A DNA stretch of 64,000 nt from Candidatus Hydrogenedentota bacterium (GCA_034669905.1 JAXMOL010000009.1:64001-128000); one strand, 5' to 3'. Shown: positions 48,698 to 59,555, counted from the first letter of the stretch. The notes: a model not told the origin generated them from the sequence alone. Program-made: numbers and translations.

Positions 48698-50455
48698 CTA
48701 CGATGCCCCGACACGCTCCAACGCTTGTCCTACTAGTACTTTCTTCTGCAACAATTCGACCATGCGGGCCGTGTCTTGACTCCGTTCGGCTTCCTGAAGC
48801 TGAATTTTTAGATTTGCGGCTTCCGCGCGCAACGCTTCTTTCTTCAGGCGATTCAAACGCAGCCCGACGAGGGCGGCAGGGTCTTTTATGGTGTCCGGCT
48901 CCGACGCCGCCGCAGCGGCATACAGGCTCCGGGCCTCTTCCGTTCCAAAATCCGTTGCCAGGCGCTGCTCCCCTTCAAAGAGGAGTACGCGTAACACTTC
49001 CGCGAGGGGACCGAGGCTAAGGGCACCCGAATCGAGCAATTCGGTGCGGGCCTTTTCCAGCAACGCGGGATCATTCAACAAGACCGCGACAAAATCCCGG
49101 TCGTCTTTGCTCACATAAATCGGCCGCGCCTCCGAGATCTCCTCGGTGGGGGGCTGGCGATAGCCCTGGGTGACGAAGCGTTCATACTCGTTGCGGCATG
49201 CCCGTTCATTCAGACGCAATTCCCGGGCGGTGAGTTTCAGGTACTCGTCCAGTCGTACTTCATCGTCGATATGACGCAAAATCTCAAATATTTCATGGGC
49301 TACCGCGGTTGCGCCTTCAATGCTGCTGAGCCTGGATTCGCTCTGCTGCGCATAAAAGGTCACAAAATCCGGCGCATCCTTCAGTTGCGCGCGAAAGGCA
49401 TCCGCACCGGCATGACGAATATAGTCGTCCGGGTCCTGTCCGTCGGGCAGGGCCATACCGCGGACGGCAAGACCGGCGGCCGTCAACACACCGGTGCCTT
49501 TCATGGCGGCCGCGATGCCAGCCGCGTCGCCGTCATACACCAACACCACATCGGGCACATAGCGGCGAATCAGCGACGCCTGCTCTGGCGTGAGCGCCGT
49601 GCCGCATGTGGCAACCACATTCTCTATACCCGCATCGAAACAGCGGAGGGCATCAAAATAGCCTTCCACCAGGATGACAAACTTCTCACGGCGCATGGCG
49701 TCCCGGGCTTCGTGCAGCCCATAGAGCACCTTGCTCTTCCGGTAGACCTGGGTCTCTGGCGAATTAATATACTTGGCCGGGCTGTCGCCCAGATCGCGGC
49801 CACCGAAGGCCACCACATTGCCCGATACATCCTTGATCGGAAAAATCAGCCGATCCCGAAAGGTGTCGTAATAATTGCCGCGCTCACCCTGCTTGATGAG
49901 GCCACTGCTATCCAATACCTTCTGGTCGGTACCTTTCTTCACGGCGGCATCATACAGGGAGTGCCATTCGTCGGGCACCACACCCAGGCCAAAGCGCTCG
50001 ATGGTCTCGGGCTTGAGCGCACGGGTCTCCAAATAGGTGCGGCCTTTTTCGCCGCGTTGGGGATGTTTCAACAGGGCACGGTAGTATTTGCTGGCGCTCT
50101 TGTTAAAGGCTAACAATTGTATGCGCAGTCCGTCCCGTTCCTGGCTCGCTTCCGTGACCGCAGGGAGGCGTACGCTTCCGCGATCAGCCAGTTGTTGCAG
50201 GGCTTCTGTGAAATCGAGTCCTTCATGTTCCTGGACAAAGCTCAGGGCGTCGCCACTCTTGCCACAGCCAAAACAGTGGTAATACTGTCGATCAACGCTG
50301 ACGGTGAACGAGGGTGTTTTTTCGCGGTGAAAGGGGCACAGGGCCTTCATTCGTCCGCCACCGGCGTTTTTCAATTCCACATGCGCGCCGATTACCTGGA
50401 CAATATCATTGGCCGCCAGGACTTCCGCAATCACTTCTCGTGGATACATTGGCAC
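48698..50455 (-). CDS. dnaG: DNA primase
   Basis: CPFH..KTPSF...YHCFGC zinc finger, [21 protein letters not shown]. Confidence 0.97.
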   Translation of the reverse strand: MPMYPREVIAEVLAANDIVQVIGAHVELKNAGGGRMKALCPFHREKTPSFTVSVDRQYYHCFGCGKSGDALSFVQEHEGLDFTEALQQLADRGSVRLPAVTEASQERDGLRIQLLAFNKSASKYYRALLKHPQRGEKGRTYLETRALKPETIERFGLGVVPDEWHSLYDAAVKKGTDQKVLDSSGLIKQGERGNYYDTFRDRLIFPIKDVSGNVVAFGGRDLGDSPAKYINSPETQVYRKSKVLYGLHEARDAMRREKFVILVEGYFDALRCFDAGIENVVATCGTALTPEQASLIRRYVPDVVLVYDGDAAGIAAAMKGTGVLTAAGLAVRGMALPDGQDPDDYIRHAGADAFRAQLKDAPDFVTFYAQQSESRLSSIEGATAVAHEIFEILRHIDDEVRLDEYLKLTARELRLNERACRNEYERFVTQGYRQPPTEEISEARPIYVSKDDRDFVAVLLNDPALLEKARTELLDSGALSLGPLAEVLRVLLFEGEQRLATDFGTEEARSLYAAAAASEPDTIKDPAALVGLRLNRLKKEALRAEAANLKIQLQEAERSQDTARMVELLQKKVLVGQALERVGAS

Positions 50456-50620
50456 GCGCCGGAGAACACCTTTCCAAGCAAATCAATTCTTCGAAACCCG
50501 CATACCCCTTAACAGATTCCATAAATTATGTTGTAGCTACTACCCACCTATGGATAGGCACAGCACGGCCCAAGGATCTGTCAAGACGTGAATGCACTAT
50601 ACCACGCCACGGGATTCTTG

Positions 50621-51367
50621 TCAAATATCGGGCGTCTTGGGAGCGCGCGGAAGGATGCCCAGCCAGGAACCCAGGCGGTACCGGAGGATGAGCAGGATCA
50701 TCTGGCAGCCCAGGGTAAAGGCGCGGAAGAGACTGCCCGTCACGGAGGATTCGCCCACCCGTTTCCGGTAGTTGACGGGGATTTCCACAAAGGGAAAGCC
50801 GTTCAAGATAACGAGCAGCATGAGCTGGGGGCCGAAGTGAGAGCCCCCAATCGTGAATTGGGGGCGGATTTTTTCATAGGCGTCTCGGTGGAGGAGACGC
50901 ATGGTGCAGCCCACGTCGCTGAGGAAGGTGGTGTTGAAGAGAAATTCCATGAGCTTGCCGACGGCATAGTTGCCCCACTTGAGAAAGATCCCCATGTTGG
51001 CCCCGTCCCACACAAATTCCCGGGCGGTCCGGGTGCCGAAGACCACCGGCACGTCATCGCTGAAGGCCAGCAGCTTGATCACATCATTGCCGGAAAAGGT
51101 GCCGTCGGGCTCGGCGATGATGAGGAGCTCGCCTTCGGCTTCTTCCAGGCCCTTCCAGATGGCCCGGCCATAGCCCTGGGCGCTTTCGTAGACCAGGCGG
51201 GCGTCGGTGGGGGCCACTTCCTCATCCGTCCCCTCCGCTGCATTGTTATTGACGACGATGATTTCATCCACGTAGCCCGAGGCAAAAAAATCCTCAATGG
51301 CCGCCCGGATAGAGTCCTTTTCGTTGTAGGTAGGAAAGATTACCGATACTTTTTTATCGCGCCACAT
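50621..51367 (-). CDS. Family 2 (DPM1-like) polyprenol-phosphate glycosyltransferase
   Basis: VIFPTYNE, QGYGRA, EPDG, SDVGC, EIPVNYRKRVGES. Confidence 0.85.
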   Translation of the reverse strand: MWRDKKVSVIFPTYNEKDSIRAAIEDFFASGYVDEIIVVNNNAAEGTDEEVAPTDARLVYESAQGYGRAIWKGLEEAEGELLIIAEPDGTFSGNDVIKLLAFSDDVPVVFGTRTAREFVWDGANMGIFLKWGNYAVGKLMEFLFNTTFLSDVGCTMRLLHRDAYEKIRPQFTIGGSHFGPQLMLLVILNGFPFVEIPVNYRKRVGESSVTGSLFRAFTLGCQMILLILRYRLGSWLGILPRAPKTPDI

Positions 51368-51417
51368 ACAAACCTCGTCTCATCGCCCTGCCCGATGGTG
51401 GGCACGCACGTTGGGGT

Positions 51418-52845
51418 TTACCAGTAGGTGTAAAAGAAGGACTCAATGAACCAGCACTGAAACAGTAGAAAGGACACCGTGGCCAAGAGGGGGCCGGTGT
51501 GCTGTTGTTGCGCAATTCCCCGGCCCAGGTAGTGGGCCGCCGGGATGACCAGAAAGGGGAAGAGATAGAGGGCAGACCGTTCACCTTCCCCCCGGGCCAG
51601 GTAGAGGAGGTTCAGCACGATAAGCATCAGGGCGAATATCCACCAGCGGTGACGCAGTGTGGGGTCGCCGCGGAAAAACTCCCGGATGGCCAGCACCGAT
51701 ACGGGGATGCCCGCGAAGAAGAACCAGCACGCCGGGTTGAGAATGCGGTAGGTCCAGGCCGGGAGGCGGGGGGAGAGGATGTCCAGATGGGCCTGATCCT
51801 GGTCGAATTGCTGCTTGGCCATTAGAAAGGTCTCATAGATATTGAAGCCTGACCACCAGTAGACCGCCCCGATGACGCTGAGCAGACCCAGCACCATGAG
51901 CAGGGCGGTTTGAAAAACGTTGCGCCGTGTTTCGGGATTCCGCAGCATCCAGAGTCCCACCAGACCAAAATAGGCCCCCATGCCAATAAGAGAGAATTTC
52001 AGCAGGGTCATGACGCCATAGCCGATCCCTGCGAGAAGGCCGAAGCGGGTAGAACAGTGCCGGATGGCCCGTTCAAAGCAGTAGAGGGTCGTGAGGGTGA
52101 AGGGCGTGAAGAGGGCATCGGCGCTGGTGGCGGTGAAGAGCACGATGGAAGGCACCAGGCTGTAGCAGACACAGGCGATAAAGGCGGTCCGTTGATTGGT
52201 GATCATACGGGCCCAGCCATAGAGGGGGAAAATGGCGAGGCTGCTGACCACGATGGTCGCTACGGAGAGACTGAAGGGGGAGTTGCCCACAAAATAGGAC
52301 AGGAACCACAAGAGCGCGATGGGTCCGGGGGGATGGACCTTTGCGTGCATCGACAAATAGGGGAAGAGGTTGTCGTCTGTATAGCGTTCAAAAAGCTGTT
52401 GGATATTTCGGGTTTTTCCAATGTCCCCGATGTATTCATAGGTCTGGCGGTTGTAGGCCTGCTCGATGCCCCACCACCCGTCCCGAATCATGGCAATGGC
52501 GGCCGCAAAGAACACCGCAAAGAGGAAAACGCCGCCGAGCAACCACAGGGCCTCCTTGCGGGAACGTTCATCGGGCGATAGGAGCACGGGGAAAAGGAAT
52601 CGACGGAGTACTAAGAGCCCCGTACCCGCCACGATCAGGGTCGGAATCTGCCAGCGGAGATCGGCAAACGAGGTGAGCGCAGGTGAAAAAAGGGCATAAA
52701 ATGGTGTAGGGTGTCCGTAGATGCTTTCCAGGCCCACGAGCCAGAGTCCTCCCATAAGGAGGAGATACCCGGCCATAGTGCGGGTAAATAGACTGGTTAC
52801 GTCCCCCCCCGAGGGGGCAGGTACTTCCTGAATGCGGCGCTGCAT
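51418..52845 (-). CDS. Polytopic GT-C-like (ArnT/PMT-like) glycosyltransferase
   Basis: Many TM helices; YEYIGD and HPPGP in a luminal loop; GEGER; adjacent to the DPM1-like GT2. Start uncertain. Confidence 0.65.
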   Translation of the reverse strand: MQRRIQEVPAPSGGDVTSLFTRTMAGYLLLMGGLWLVGLESIYGHPTPFYALFSPALTSFADLRWQIPTLIVAGTGLLVLRRFLFPVLLSPDERSRKEALWLLGGVFLFAVFFAAAIAMIRDGWWGIEQAYNRQTYEYIGDIGKTRNIQQLFERYTDDNLFPYLSMHAKVHPPGPIALLWFLSYFVGNSPFSLSVATIVVSSLAIFPLYGWARMITNQRTAFIACVCYSLVPSIVLFTATSADALFTPFTLTTLYCFERAIRHCSTRFGLLAGIGYGVMTLLKFSLIGMGAYFGLVGLWMLRNPETRRNVFQTALLMVLGLLSVIGAVYWWSGFNIYETFLMAKQQFDQDQAHLDILSPRLPAWTYRILNPACWFFFAGIPVSVLAIREFFRGDPTLRHRWWIFALMLIVLNLLYLARGEGERSALYLFPFLVIPAAHYLGRGIAQQQHTGPLLATVSFLLFQCWFIESFFYTYW

Positions 52846-53070
52846 GGGCCGCATTGTAGCGGAGGGCGCTGGAAGATGTAAATACCCGCGTACCTTGGGG
52901 TTTTGACACGGGACGGTCACCCGTAGTCGAGGAGGGGATGTTCCATTTCTGTGGAACCTCCGAGCCCCTACCGGGTATACTATGCAGTGTATAATAGCCG
53001 AGTTCTCCACCACATTTTGTAGTCTGACGACGTGCACCGTTCGCAACTTCTGGGTTTATGTTGAGTATTG

Positions 53071-54093
53071 ATGGACAATCGATTCGAACAATATTGGCGA
53101 TCCACGCTGTATCGCCCCCGGCTTCGTTACAAGCTGGCCCTATCCATTGCGATCCATTTCTTGCTGATCGGGGGAATATTCGGATATCTCAATTGGCGTC
53201 CCCCAACGACGCCCCCTGAGGTATTCGAAGTTCAGATCATGCAGACTTCCTCGGCGGTCTCCGATACGGCGACCCGGGAAGTGGTAGAAAATCCGGTGGA
53301 AGAGTCTGTGCCCGAGCCCACGCCCGAGCCCGAACCGGCCCCCCCGGAACCAATGCCCGAGCCCACCCCCGAGCCGACGCCGCCTCCCGCGCCGGAGCCG
53401 GAGCCGAAAGTGGAGCCGGTAAAGCCACCCGAGCCCAAGGTCGAGCCGCCGAAACCGCGGGAAGATAAAGAAGCCCTGGCGAAGGCGGAAGAGCGCAAGC
53501 GCGCCGAAGAAAAGAAAAAGGAAGAAACGCGCCTCGCCGAGGAAAAGCGCAAGGAAGAAGAGAAGAAGAAAGCAGAAGCGGAGGCCAAGAAAAAGGCCGA
53601 AGCCGAAAAGAAAAAGAAGGAAGAGGCAGAAAAGAAGCGCCTCGAGGAAGAGAAGAAGAAGGAAGAAGCCAAGAAGCGCGAAGAAGAGAAGAAGCGCGAG
53701 GAGGCCATGGAGAAGAAGGCGGAGGAGGATCGAAAGAAGAAGGAATCGCTGGCCAAGAATCAGGGCGTAGCGACACAAGGTGTCGAAGAAGCCCAACTGC
53801 CCACGGCCCTCAGCGGCTGGGCAGCCCTGGTCAAGCGCAAAGTAGATAGAAACTGGGTCTTGCCCGCCGGGATCAGCCTCGGCGAAGAGGGGGAGACCAT
53901 TAAAGTGGGTTTCGTCGTGGCCAGCAATGGCGCTATTATGGACGGGCCCACCCTATTGGAAGGGTCTGGACAGGCAGCCTTGGACACCTCGTGTGTCAAT
54001 ACCATTAAGACATCGTTGCCTTTGCCTCCCTTTCCCACCGGTTTCAATGAGCCGGAGCAATATGTGGTTTATGTTTTCAGAGCACTACCCTAA
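53071..54093 (+). CDS. tolA: TolA / TonB-family energy transducer
   Basis: TM helix with SxxxH; Pro-Glu linker; Lys/Glu/Ala helix; C-terminal TonB_2-like 'VDRNW...GSGQAALD...PLPPFP'; upstream of tolB. Confidence 0.8.
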   Translation: MDNRFEQYWRSTLYRPRLRYKLALSIAIHFLLIGGIFGYLNWRPPTTPPEVFEVQIMQTSSAVSDTATREVVENPVEESVPEPTPEPEPAPPEPMPEPTPEPTPPPAPEPEPKVEPVKPPEPKVEPPKPREDKEALAKAEERKRAEEKKKEETRLAEEKRKEEEKKKAEAEAKKKAEAEKKKKEEAEKKRLEEEKKKEEAKKREEEKKREEAMEKKAEEDRKKKESLAKNQGVATQGVEEAQLPTALSGWAALVKRKVDRNWVLPAGISLGEEGETIKVGFVVASNGAIMDGPTLLEGSGQAALDTSCVNTIKTSLPLPPFPTGFNEPEQYVVYVFRALP

Positions 54094-54111
54094 GTCGAAG
54101 AGGAGACTATT

Positions 54112-55425
54112 TTGAAACTCATCATGTGGTATGCCATGGCCGTGCTGTGCACCGTGTCACTTGTCGTGGATGTGGCACAGGCCCAGGTGCAGATTGTGGG
54201 TGAAGGGCGTAATGTGGACACGCGTATCCCCATCGCCGTGCCTCCCTGTGCGGCGGCCGACCCCGCCTTGACGGCCCTGGCGACTGAACTCGCCCAGGTC
54301 GTGGCCGACGATCTCGCCTTTTCTGGCCTTTTTAAGGTCTTGCCGGCCGACAAATATCCCATTGGTTTTCTGGCCCTCGATCCCGATGTGCAGAAGCTGA
54401 ATCGGGATATGTGGGCCTCGACCAAGGCCGAACACTTTGTCTTTGGTAACCTTAAGCAGGAAGGGGACCAGCTCGTCACGGAGTTTCGCCTTTTTGACCT
54501 GTTGACGAAAAACCAGGTCTTTGGGCTCCAGCTCAAGGTCGACAAGAATCATCCCCGTCTGGCCGCCCACCATTTCTCCGAGGAGATCATTCGGAATCTG
54601 GAAGGTACACCGGGAATCGCGACCTCGGAAATCTGCTTCAGCGCCGGTGCGACGGGTAGTAAAGAAATCTATGTGGCCGATTATGACGGCGCCAATATGC
54701 AGCAGGTGACCAAGCACAACTCCATCTCCATCAAGCCGAAACTGTCGCCCGATGGCAGCAAAATTGCCTACCTTTCCTACAAAGACCGCTATACCTTCCT
54801 TTATGTCTTTGATCGGATGACCGGCAAGTCGGTGCCCCTTTCCAAAGAAGTGGGTCTGAACATCGCTCCGGCCTGGTCGCCCGACGGAAAGACCCTGGCC
54901 CACGTCTTGAGTAAAGACGGTAACAACGAGATTTACCTGCGTGACGCCGATGGCAGCAACCTGCGTCGCCTGACCCGCAACCGCGACGTGGATACCTCCC
55001 CGGTCTTTTCGCCCGATGGGACGCGTATTGCCTTTGTCAGTGACCGGGGCGGTAGCCCCCAGGTCTATACGATGGATCTGAATGGCGAGGATGCCAAGCG
55101 CCTCTCCTTCCAGGGGGGCAGTTCCTACGATCCCGCCTGGTCGCCCGATGGCAAGTACATCGCCTATGTCGCAGAGAAAAAAGGCGACGGGCTGGAAATT
55201 TACATCATGCATTCAGACGGCTCCAACGCCCAACGCATTTCCGACAGCCAGGGCAGCAATGAGTCCCCGAGCTGGTCGGCCGATTCGCGTCACATTATCT
55301 TCAGTTCCACGCGGAATGGCCAGAAGAGCCTCTACACCTTCTCCCTCGAATCGGGTGAAGAGCGGAAGATGCCACGGATCACCCTTTCCTGCGAAGGCCC
55401 TTCCTGGGGACCCCGCCGGAACTAA
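54112..55425 (+). CDS. tolB: Tol-Pal beta-propeller protein
   Basis: IPIAVP, ADDLAFSGLF, AHHFSEEI, IYVADYDG, repeated P[AV][WF]SPDG. Confidence 0.93.
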   Translation: MKLIMWYAMAVLCTVSLVVDVAQAQVQIVGEGRNVDTRIPIAVPPCAAADPALTALATELAQVVADDLAFSGLFKVLPADKYPIGFLALDPDVQKLNRDMWASTKAEHFVFGNLKQEGDQLVTEFRLFDLLTKNQVFGLQLKVDKNHPRLAAHHFSEEIIRNLEGTPGIATSEICFSAGATGSKEIYVADYDGANMQQVTKHNSISIKPKLSPDGSKIAYLSYKDRYTFLYVFDRMTGKSVPLSKEVGLNIAPAWSPDGKTLAHVLSKDGNNEIYLRDADGSNLRRLTRNRDVDTSPVFSPDGTRIAFVSDRGGSPQVYTMDLNGEDAKRLSFQGGSSYDPAWSPDGKYIAYVAEKKGDGLEIYIMHSDGSNAQRISDSQGSNESPSWSADSRHIIFSSTRNGQKSLYTFSLESGEERKMPRITLSCEGPSWGPRRN

Positions 55426-55575
55426 TCCGCGTTTTTCGACCAGAGAATTCGATAAGCTATCTCCCGTCATCCCTGCGACTTTGCAGGGATGACGTTCCTT
55501 TCGGGTAAGATAGTGGGGCGTGCGTCGGTGTGCATGGCGCACGCGCGTTTAAATTAACCATCAGGTAAGAGGCCC

Positions 55576-56040
55576 ATGGGCGAAAAAAACATCACACAGA
55601 ACCGGATGGCCCGGCGGAATTACGAAATCCTGGATACCTACGAAGCCGGTATTGTGCTCGTGGGTACCGAGGTCAAATCCCTCCGGGAGCCGGGTACCAT
55701 GACCTTGAAAGACAGCTTTGCCGATATCCGGAAAAAAGGTGAGCTCTTTCTCATCGGAGCCCGCATTGAGCCCTACAAAATGGGTAACATTTACAACCAT
55801 GATCCCGAGCGGGCCCGTAAGCTCCTCATGCACAAAAAAGAAATCGAGAAGCTCGCCCAGCGGATTGCAGAGAAGGGACTGACCCTCGTACCCCTGAGCG
55901 TCTATTTCAAGCGCGGGATGGTCAAGGTGCAACTGGGGATGGGCCGTGGTAAGAATGTTCGCGATAAGCGGGACACCATCAAGGCCCGCGAAAGCAAGAT
56001 CGAGATGGACCGCGCGTTGAAGCACGTGGGACGCTCGTAG
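55576..56040 (+). CDS. smpB: SsrA-binding protein
   Basis: NRMAR..Y, EAGIVLVGTEVKSLR, RKLLMHKKEI, GRGK..RDKR. Confidence 0.95.
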   Translation: MGEKNITQNRMARRNYEILDTYEAGIVLVGTEVKSLREPGTMTLKDSFADIRKKGELFLIGARIEPYKMGNIYNHDPERARKLLMHKKEIEKLAQRIAEKGLTLVPLSVYFKRGMVKVQLGMGRGKNVRDKRDTIKARESKIEMDRALKHVGRS

Positions 56041-56079
56041 CATTTATCTGACGCCCACCCACGAACCGGAGTTTGAAGA

Positions 56080-56508
56080 ATGCGTCACGCCCTTCCCGGT
56101 AAGCAGCCCCTTCTTGTAACCCTTCCGCTCAAGGTGCAGACCTACGACATCGATTTTGCGAACCATGTGAACAACCAGGTCTATGTCCGCTGGCTGGAAG
56201 ATCTCCGAATGGACCTGCTCCGCGCCTATTACCCCATCAAGCGTTTCATGGATGAGGGGGTGGCACCGATTCTTGCCTCTACCCACATCACCTACAAGAA
56301 GGCCATCACCCTTTACGATGAGCCCGTAGGGACCATGTGGTGCCCCCAGTTGGGTCGGGCCACGATGAATCTCGAATGCCTCATCGAAGTGGACGGTGCC
56401 CGCTGTGCCCACGCCACCCATCGGGTCATGCTCGTCAATCTGGCGACGGGAAGGCCTTCCCGCACGCCCCAGGACCTCTTTGACGCCTTTGACCAGGGCA
56501 ACGGCTGA
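56080..56508 (+). CDS. Acyl-CoA thioesterase (4HBT/YbgC family)
   Basis: DIDFANHVNNQVYVRWLE. Confidence 0.88.
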   Translation: MRHALPGKQPLLVTLPLKVQTYDIDFANHVNNQVYVRWLEDLRMDLLRAYYPIKRFMDEGVAPILASTHITYKKAITLYDEPVGTMWCPQLGRATMNLECLIEVDGARCAHATHRVMLVNLATGRPSRTPQDLFDAFDQGNG

Positions 56509-56511
56509 CGC

Positions 56512-58545
56512 TCAGTCCAAAACCATTTCGTCGAGAAAGGTCAGTCGCTTGACGAACATGAAGCGGTCGATGAATTCGGAGAAGGCGTCGGGTTCAAAGG
56601 CGAAGCGGTGATCGCGACAGCCCTGCACCAACTCCACAAAGAGGTCGACGATATCGGACTGCTGGATACGTCCCCCGCTGAGGGTGTGCACGTCGCCATA
56701 GGACCATTCCGCGTTGATGGCATCCCGTAGCGCCTTACTGTCTTTGATGATACTTCCATCGGTTGCCAGGTGATTGGCCCCTGCGCGGCGCACATTGAAT
56801 AGTAGCAGTACCAGCGTCACGGCAAGAAAGACAAAGTCGGGCGTCCGCTGCTCGGGGAGGGTGGCCGGCTCGTAAGAGTCCAGGTCGATTCCCTTGAGTT
56901 GGCCCCGCCGACTGATCATGAGGTTGCCGTTTTTCAGGTCGTTGATGGCGTATCCAATCTGGTGGATTTCTTCGACCCAGAGCAGCATGCTGGTGATGAG
57001 ATCCAGGCAGTGAGATAGGCTCAATGGCTCGGTGAACGATGCGGTAAGCCGGGCGCCCCGCCAGGCCTCTCCCTGGGCACCGGCCAGGGCCTGGGCATAA
57101 CTGTTGGGGAGGGTCTGGTCCTGCACGCGCCCCCGGGGACCATGAAAACTGGCGTGCTCGACCCCGGCCACCCCGGCGAGGTGGTCGAGTGTTTCGCCAT
57201 CGACCCGCTGCAGGATGTGGTAGGTGTATTTCTTGCCACTGAGTTTGCCCGCGTCGTAGATGCGGATTACGTGGGGCGAACGGGCGAGGTCACGGGCCGT
57301 ATTGAGGGTGATTTCGGCGGCCTGAATGGCCTGCTTTTTCTGGCCCCGCTGAATCCGGTCCACCTTCAGCGCCACAAACTGAGGGATGTGGGGGTTCTCC
57401 CGATTCACGGCATCGTAGACGCGGCCAAACTGTCCAATGCCGAGTTGACGGACGAGGGTGAATCCCATCTCGTCGAAAGCGCGTCCCACTTTTTTCCAGG
57501 CGGCCAGGTCCTCGGCATCCTGAATCCCGTAGCGTCCCACCACGGGCGAGGGGGTGGCAATTTTCCGCTTTTTAACCCAGGACCAGTCCATGGGGAGCAT
57601 GGCCCGCGTTGGGTCGGGCATGACGCCCGCCAGGCTGAGCCGGAGATAACATTGATCCAGGTATTCGCGCACGAGGACCTGCGCAATGTCCTGGTTATGC
57701 CGACATCCCTTCTCGGTGATGAAGAAGCGCAGCTCATTGAGCAGGCGAAAATAAGGGTGGCGCTCATAGAGCCGGGACCGCTCGATGTTGTCCCGTTTGC
57801 TGTGGTATTTCTCAAAGAGTTCGCCGGCCTTGTTGGGAATCAGTTTGCGCTTGGAGACATCCTTAAAGAGGAGGTTGATGGCGAGCAGACACATTTTCGT
57901 GGTGACGTCGATGCGCTCGACGAAGTCGTCCCGGGGCGCACTGGAGCGGGCCAGTTTGGAGAGGATACCCTGCATCAGTGGCCAGGCGACGCCCAGCAGG
58001 CGGGTGGGTTTTTCGACCTCCAACAATGCGTCGGAATCGTCGAGGAACGCGCGCACCAAATCGGATTGGACCACGATGTTGTTTTCCATGGGGTGGAGCG
58101 CTTCATCGAAGCGGACCTCCCGCGTGACGTCAGACGGCAGGGTCGCGCTGAGATAGAGGTTGAGGGCGGCGCCGCCGTTGGTCTTGTTGCCGAAAACCAG
58201 GTCATCGAGCACGGCTCCCACGTGTTCCTGCTCGTGGGCGCAGTCCGAAATGACGGCGTAGGCCGCGTTCAGGGCGCGGGTGAGGGGCTGGGAGTCGGGG
58301 GTTTCCGGGCGAAAGAGTATATAACGGGCGTTGTCGTCCCAGAGAATCGCGACGCGGATGTTGCGCACATAGCGCTCCTCGCGCGCCCGATTGAGATAGG
58401 CTTCCCAGGCCTCCGGCTCGCCTGCGAATACGGTGTTGGAAAACTCCGTCTTTACGCGGGTGCGTAGGGCATCATGGGTCACGCCTTCCGGCGGCTTGGG
58501 GGGGCGCAACCACTGCCCGGCCCGGTATAGATCCCACAACGTCAT
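56512..58545 (-). CDS. Atypical Ser/Thr protein kinase-like protein with an unknown N-terminal half
   Basis: LGIGQFGRVY, VALK, HVIRIYD, INDLKNGNL, IDLD. Confidence 0.75.
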   Translation of the reverse strand: MTLWDLYRAGQWLRPPKPPEGVTHDALRTRVKTEFSNTVFAGEPEAWEAYLNRAREERYVRNIRVAILWDDNARYILFRPETPDSQPLTRALNAAYAVISDCAHEQEHVGAVLDDLVFGNKTNGGAALNLYLSATLPSDVTREVRFDEALHPMENNIVVQSDLVRAFLDDSDALLEVEKPTRLLGVAWPLMQGILSKLARSSAPRDDFVERIDVTTKMCLLAINLLFKDVSKRKLIPNKAGELFEKYHSKRDNIERSRLYERHPYFRLLNELRFFITEKGCRHNQDIAQVLVREYLDQCYLRLSLAGVMPDPTRAMLPMDWSWVKKRKIATPSPVVGRYGIQDAEDLAAWKKVGRAFDEMGFTLVRQLGIGQFGRVYDAVNRENPHIPQFVALKVDRIQRGQKKQAIQAAEITLNTARDLARSPHVIRIYDAGKLSGKKYTYHILQRVDGETLDHLAGVAGVEHASFHGPRGRVQDQTLPNSYAQALAGAQGEAWRGARLTASFTEPLSLSHCLDLITSMLLWVEEIHQIGYAINDLKNGNLMISRRGQLKGIDLDSYEPATLPEQRTPDFVFLAVTLVLLLFNVRRAGANHLATDGSIIKDSKALRDAINAEWSYGDVHTLSGGRIQQSDIVDLFVELVQGCRDHRFAFEPDAFSEFIDRFMFVKRLTFLDEMVLD

Positions 58546-58681
58546 GGCGTCTCCGGTTTAATCGTAGTATAGCCCGCGGTGTCAAGGCTGCCACGAAAGG
58601 CCGCCACGAAACCGGGTGGTCGTGAGGCGGCGGGGAAGGGTCGTTTTTTCCCAACCCAGACGCTGCTTCCTTGTGGTGGGT

Positions 58682-59503
58682 TCAGCTGAATTCTCCGCGG
58701 ATGTATTCCTGGGTGTATTTTTCCTGGGGGGCTTCAAAGAGCCGGTCCGAATCACCGAATTCCACCAGGTAGCCGGTCCGACTGCCCTCCGTCGTGTCCA
58801 CATAGAGGAAGCCGGTTTTGTCGGCCACACGCTGGGCCTGCTGCAGATTGTGGGTTACGATGGCGATGGTATATTTTTCTTTCAGCTCGAGCATGAGCTC
58901 TTCCACCTTCCGTGTGGCGATGGGATCGAGGGCGGAGCAGGGCTCATCCATCAGGAGCACCTCGGGCTCGGTGGCAATGGCGCGGGCGATACACAGACGC
59001 TGCTGCTGGCCACCGGAGAGGGAGAGGCCGCTCTTGTGCAGCTTGTCTTTGACCTCATCCCAGAGGGCGGCACCACGGAGGGCCATCTCCACCCGCTCTT
59101 CTTTGTTGCCCTTGAAGCGATTCAGTTTGAGACCGAAGGCCACGTTGTTAAAAATGCTCATGGAGAAGGGGTTGGGCTGCTGGAAAACCATTCCGATATG
59201 GCGGCGGATGGCGACGGGGTCGATGGCGGGGTCATAGATGTCCCGTCCAAGAAAGTTCACCCGCCCTTCAAAGCGAAAGCCACGGACGAGGTCGTTCATG
59301 CGGTTGAGGCATCGCAGGACCGTGCTCTTGCCACAGCCGGAGGGGCCGATGAAGGCGGTGATGGCCCCCTTGTGAATGGGGACGTAGGTATCGCGCACGG
59401 CCTTGAAGTTGCCGTAATACAGCTCGCGAATGTCACACTCGATGACCACGTCATGTTGTGGCGTGCTCGTTGTGGTGGATTCCATTGTTTCTGCGTTGGT
59501 CAT
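58682..59503 (-). CDS. pstB: Phosphate ABC transporter ATPase
   Basis: [48 protein letters not shown]. Confidence 0.96.
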   Translation of the reverse strand: MTNAETMESTTTSTPQHDVVIECDIRELYYGNFKAVRDTYVPIHKGAITAFIGPSGCGKSTVLRCLNRMNDLVRGFRFEGRVNFLGRDIYDPAIDPVAIRRHIGMVFQQPNPFSMSIFNNVAFGLKLNRFKGNKEERVEMALRGAALWDEVKDKLHKSGLSLSGGQQQRLCIARAIATEPEVLLMDEPCSALDPIATRKVEELMLELKEKYTIAIVTHNLQQAQRVADKTGFLYVDTTEGSRTGYLVEFGDSDRLFEAPQEKYTQEYIRGEFS

Positions 59504-59555
59504 GCTGTGAAGTACTCCTTGCACCACGTCGGGTCAGTGCGTAAGGGGGGCGTGT

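Noticed and set aside
53007..53022. NrdR-box-like CCACCACATTTTGTAG upstream of tolA
   Set aside because: Single copy and no ribonucleotide reductase context; likely chance.
53310..53745. Repetitive CCCGAG and GAA/AAG-rich DNA
   Set aside because: Explained by the Pro-Glu and Lys/Glu linker of TolA; not a CRISPR or non-coding repeat.
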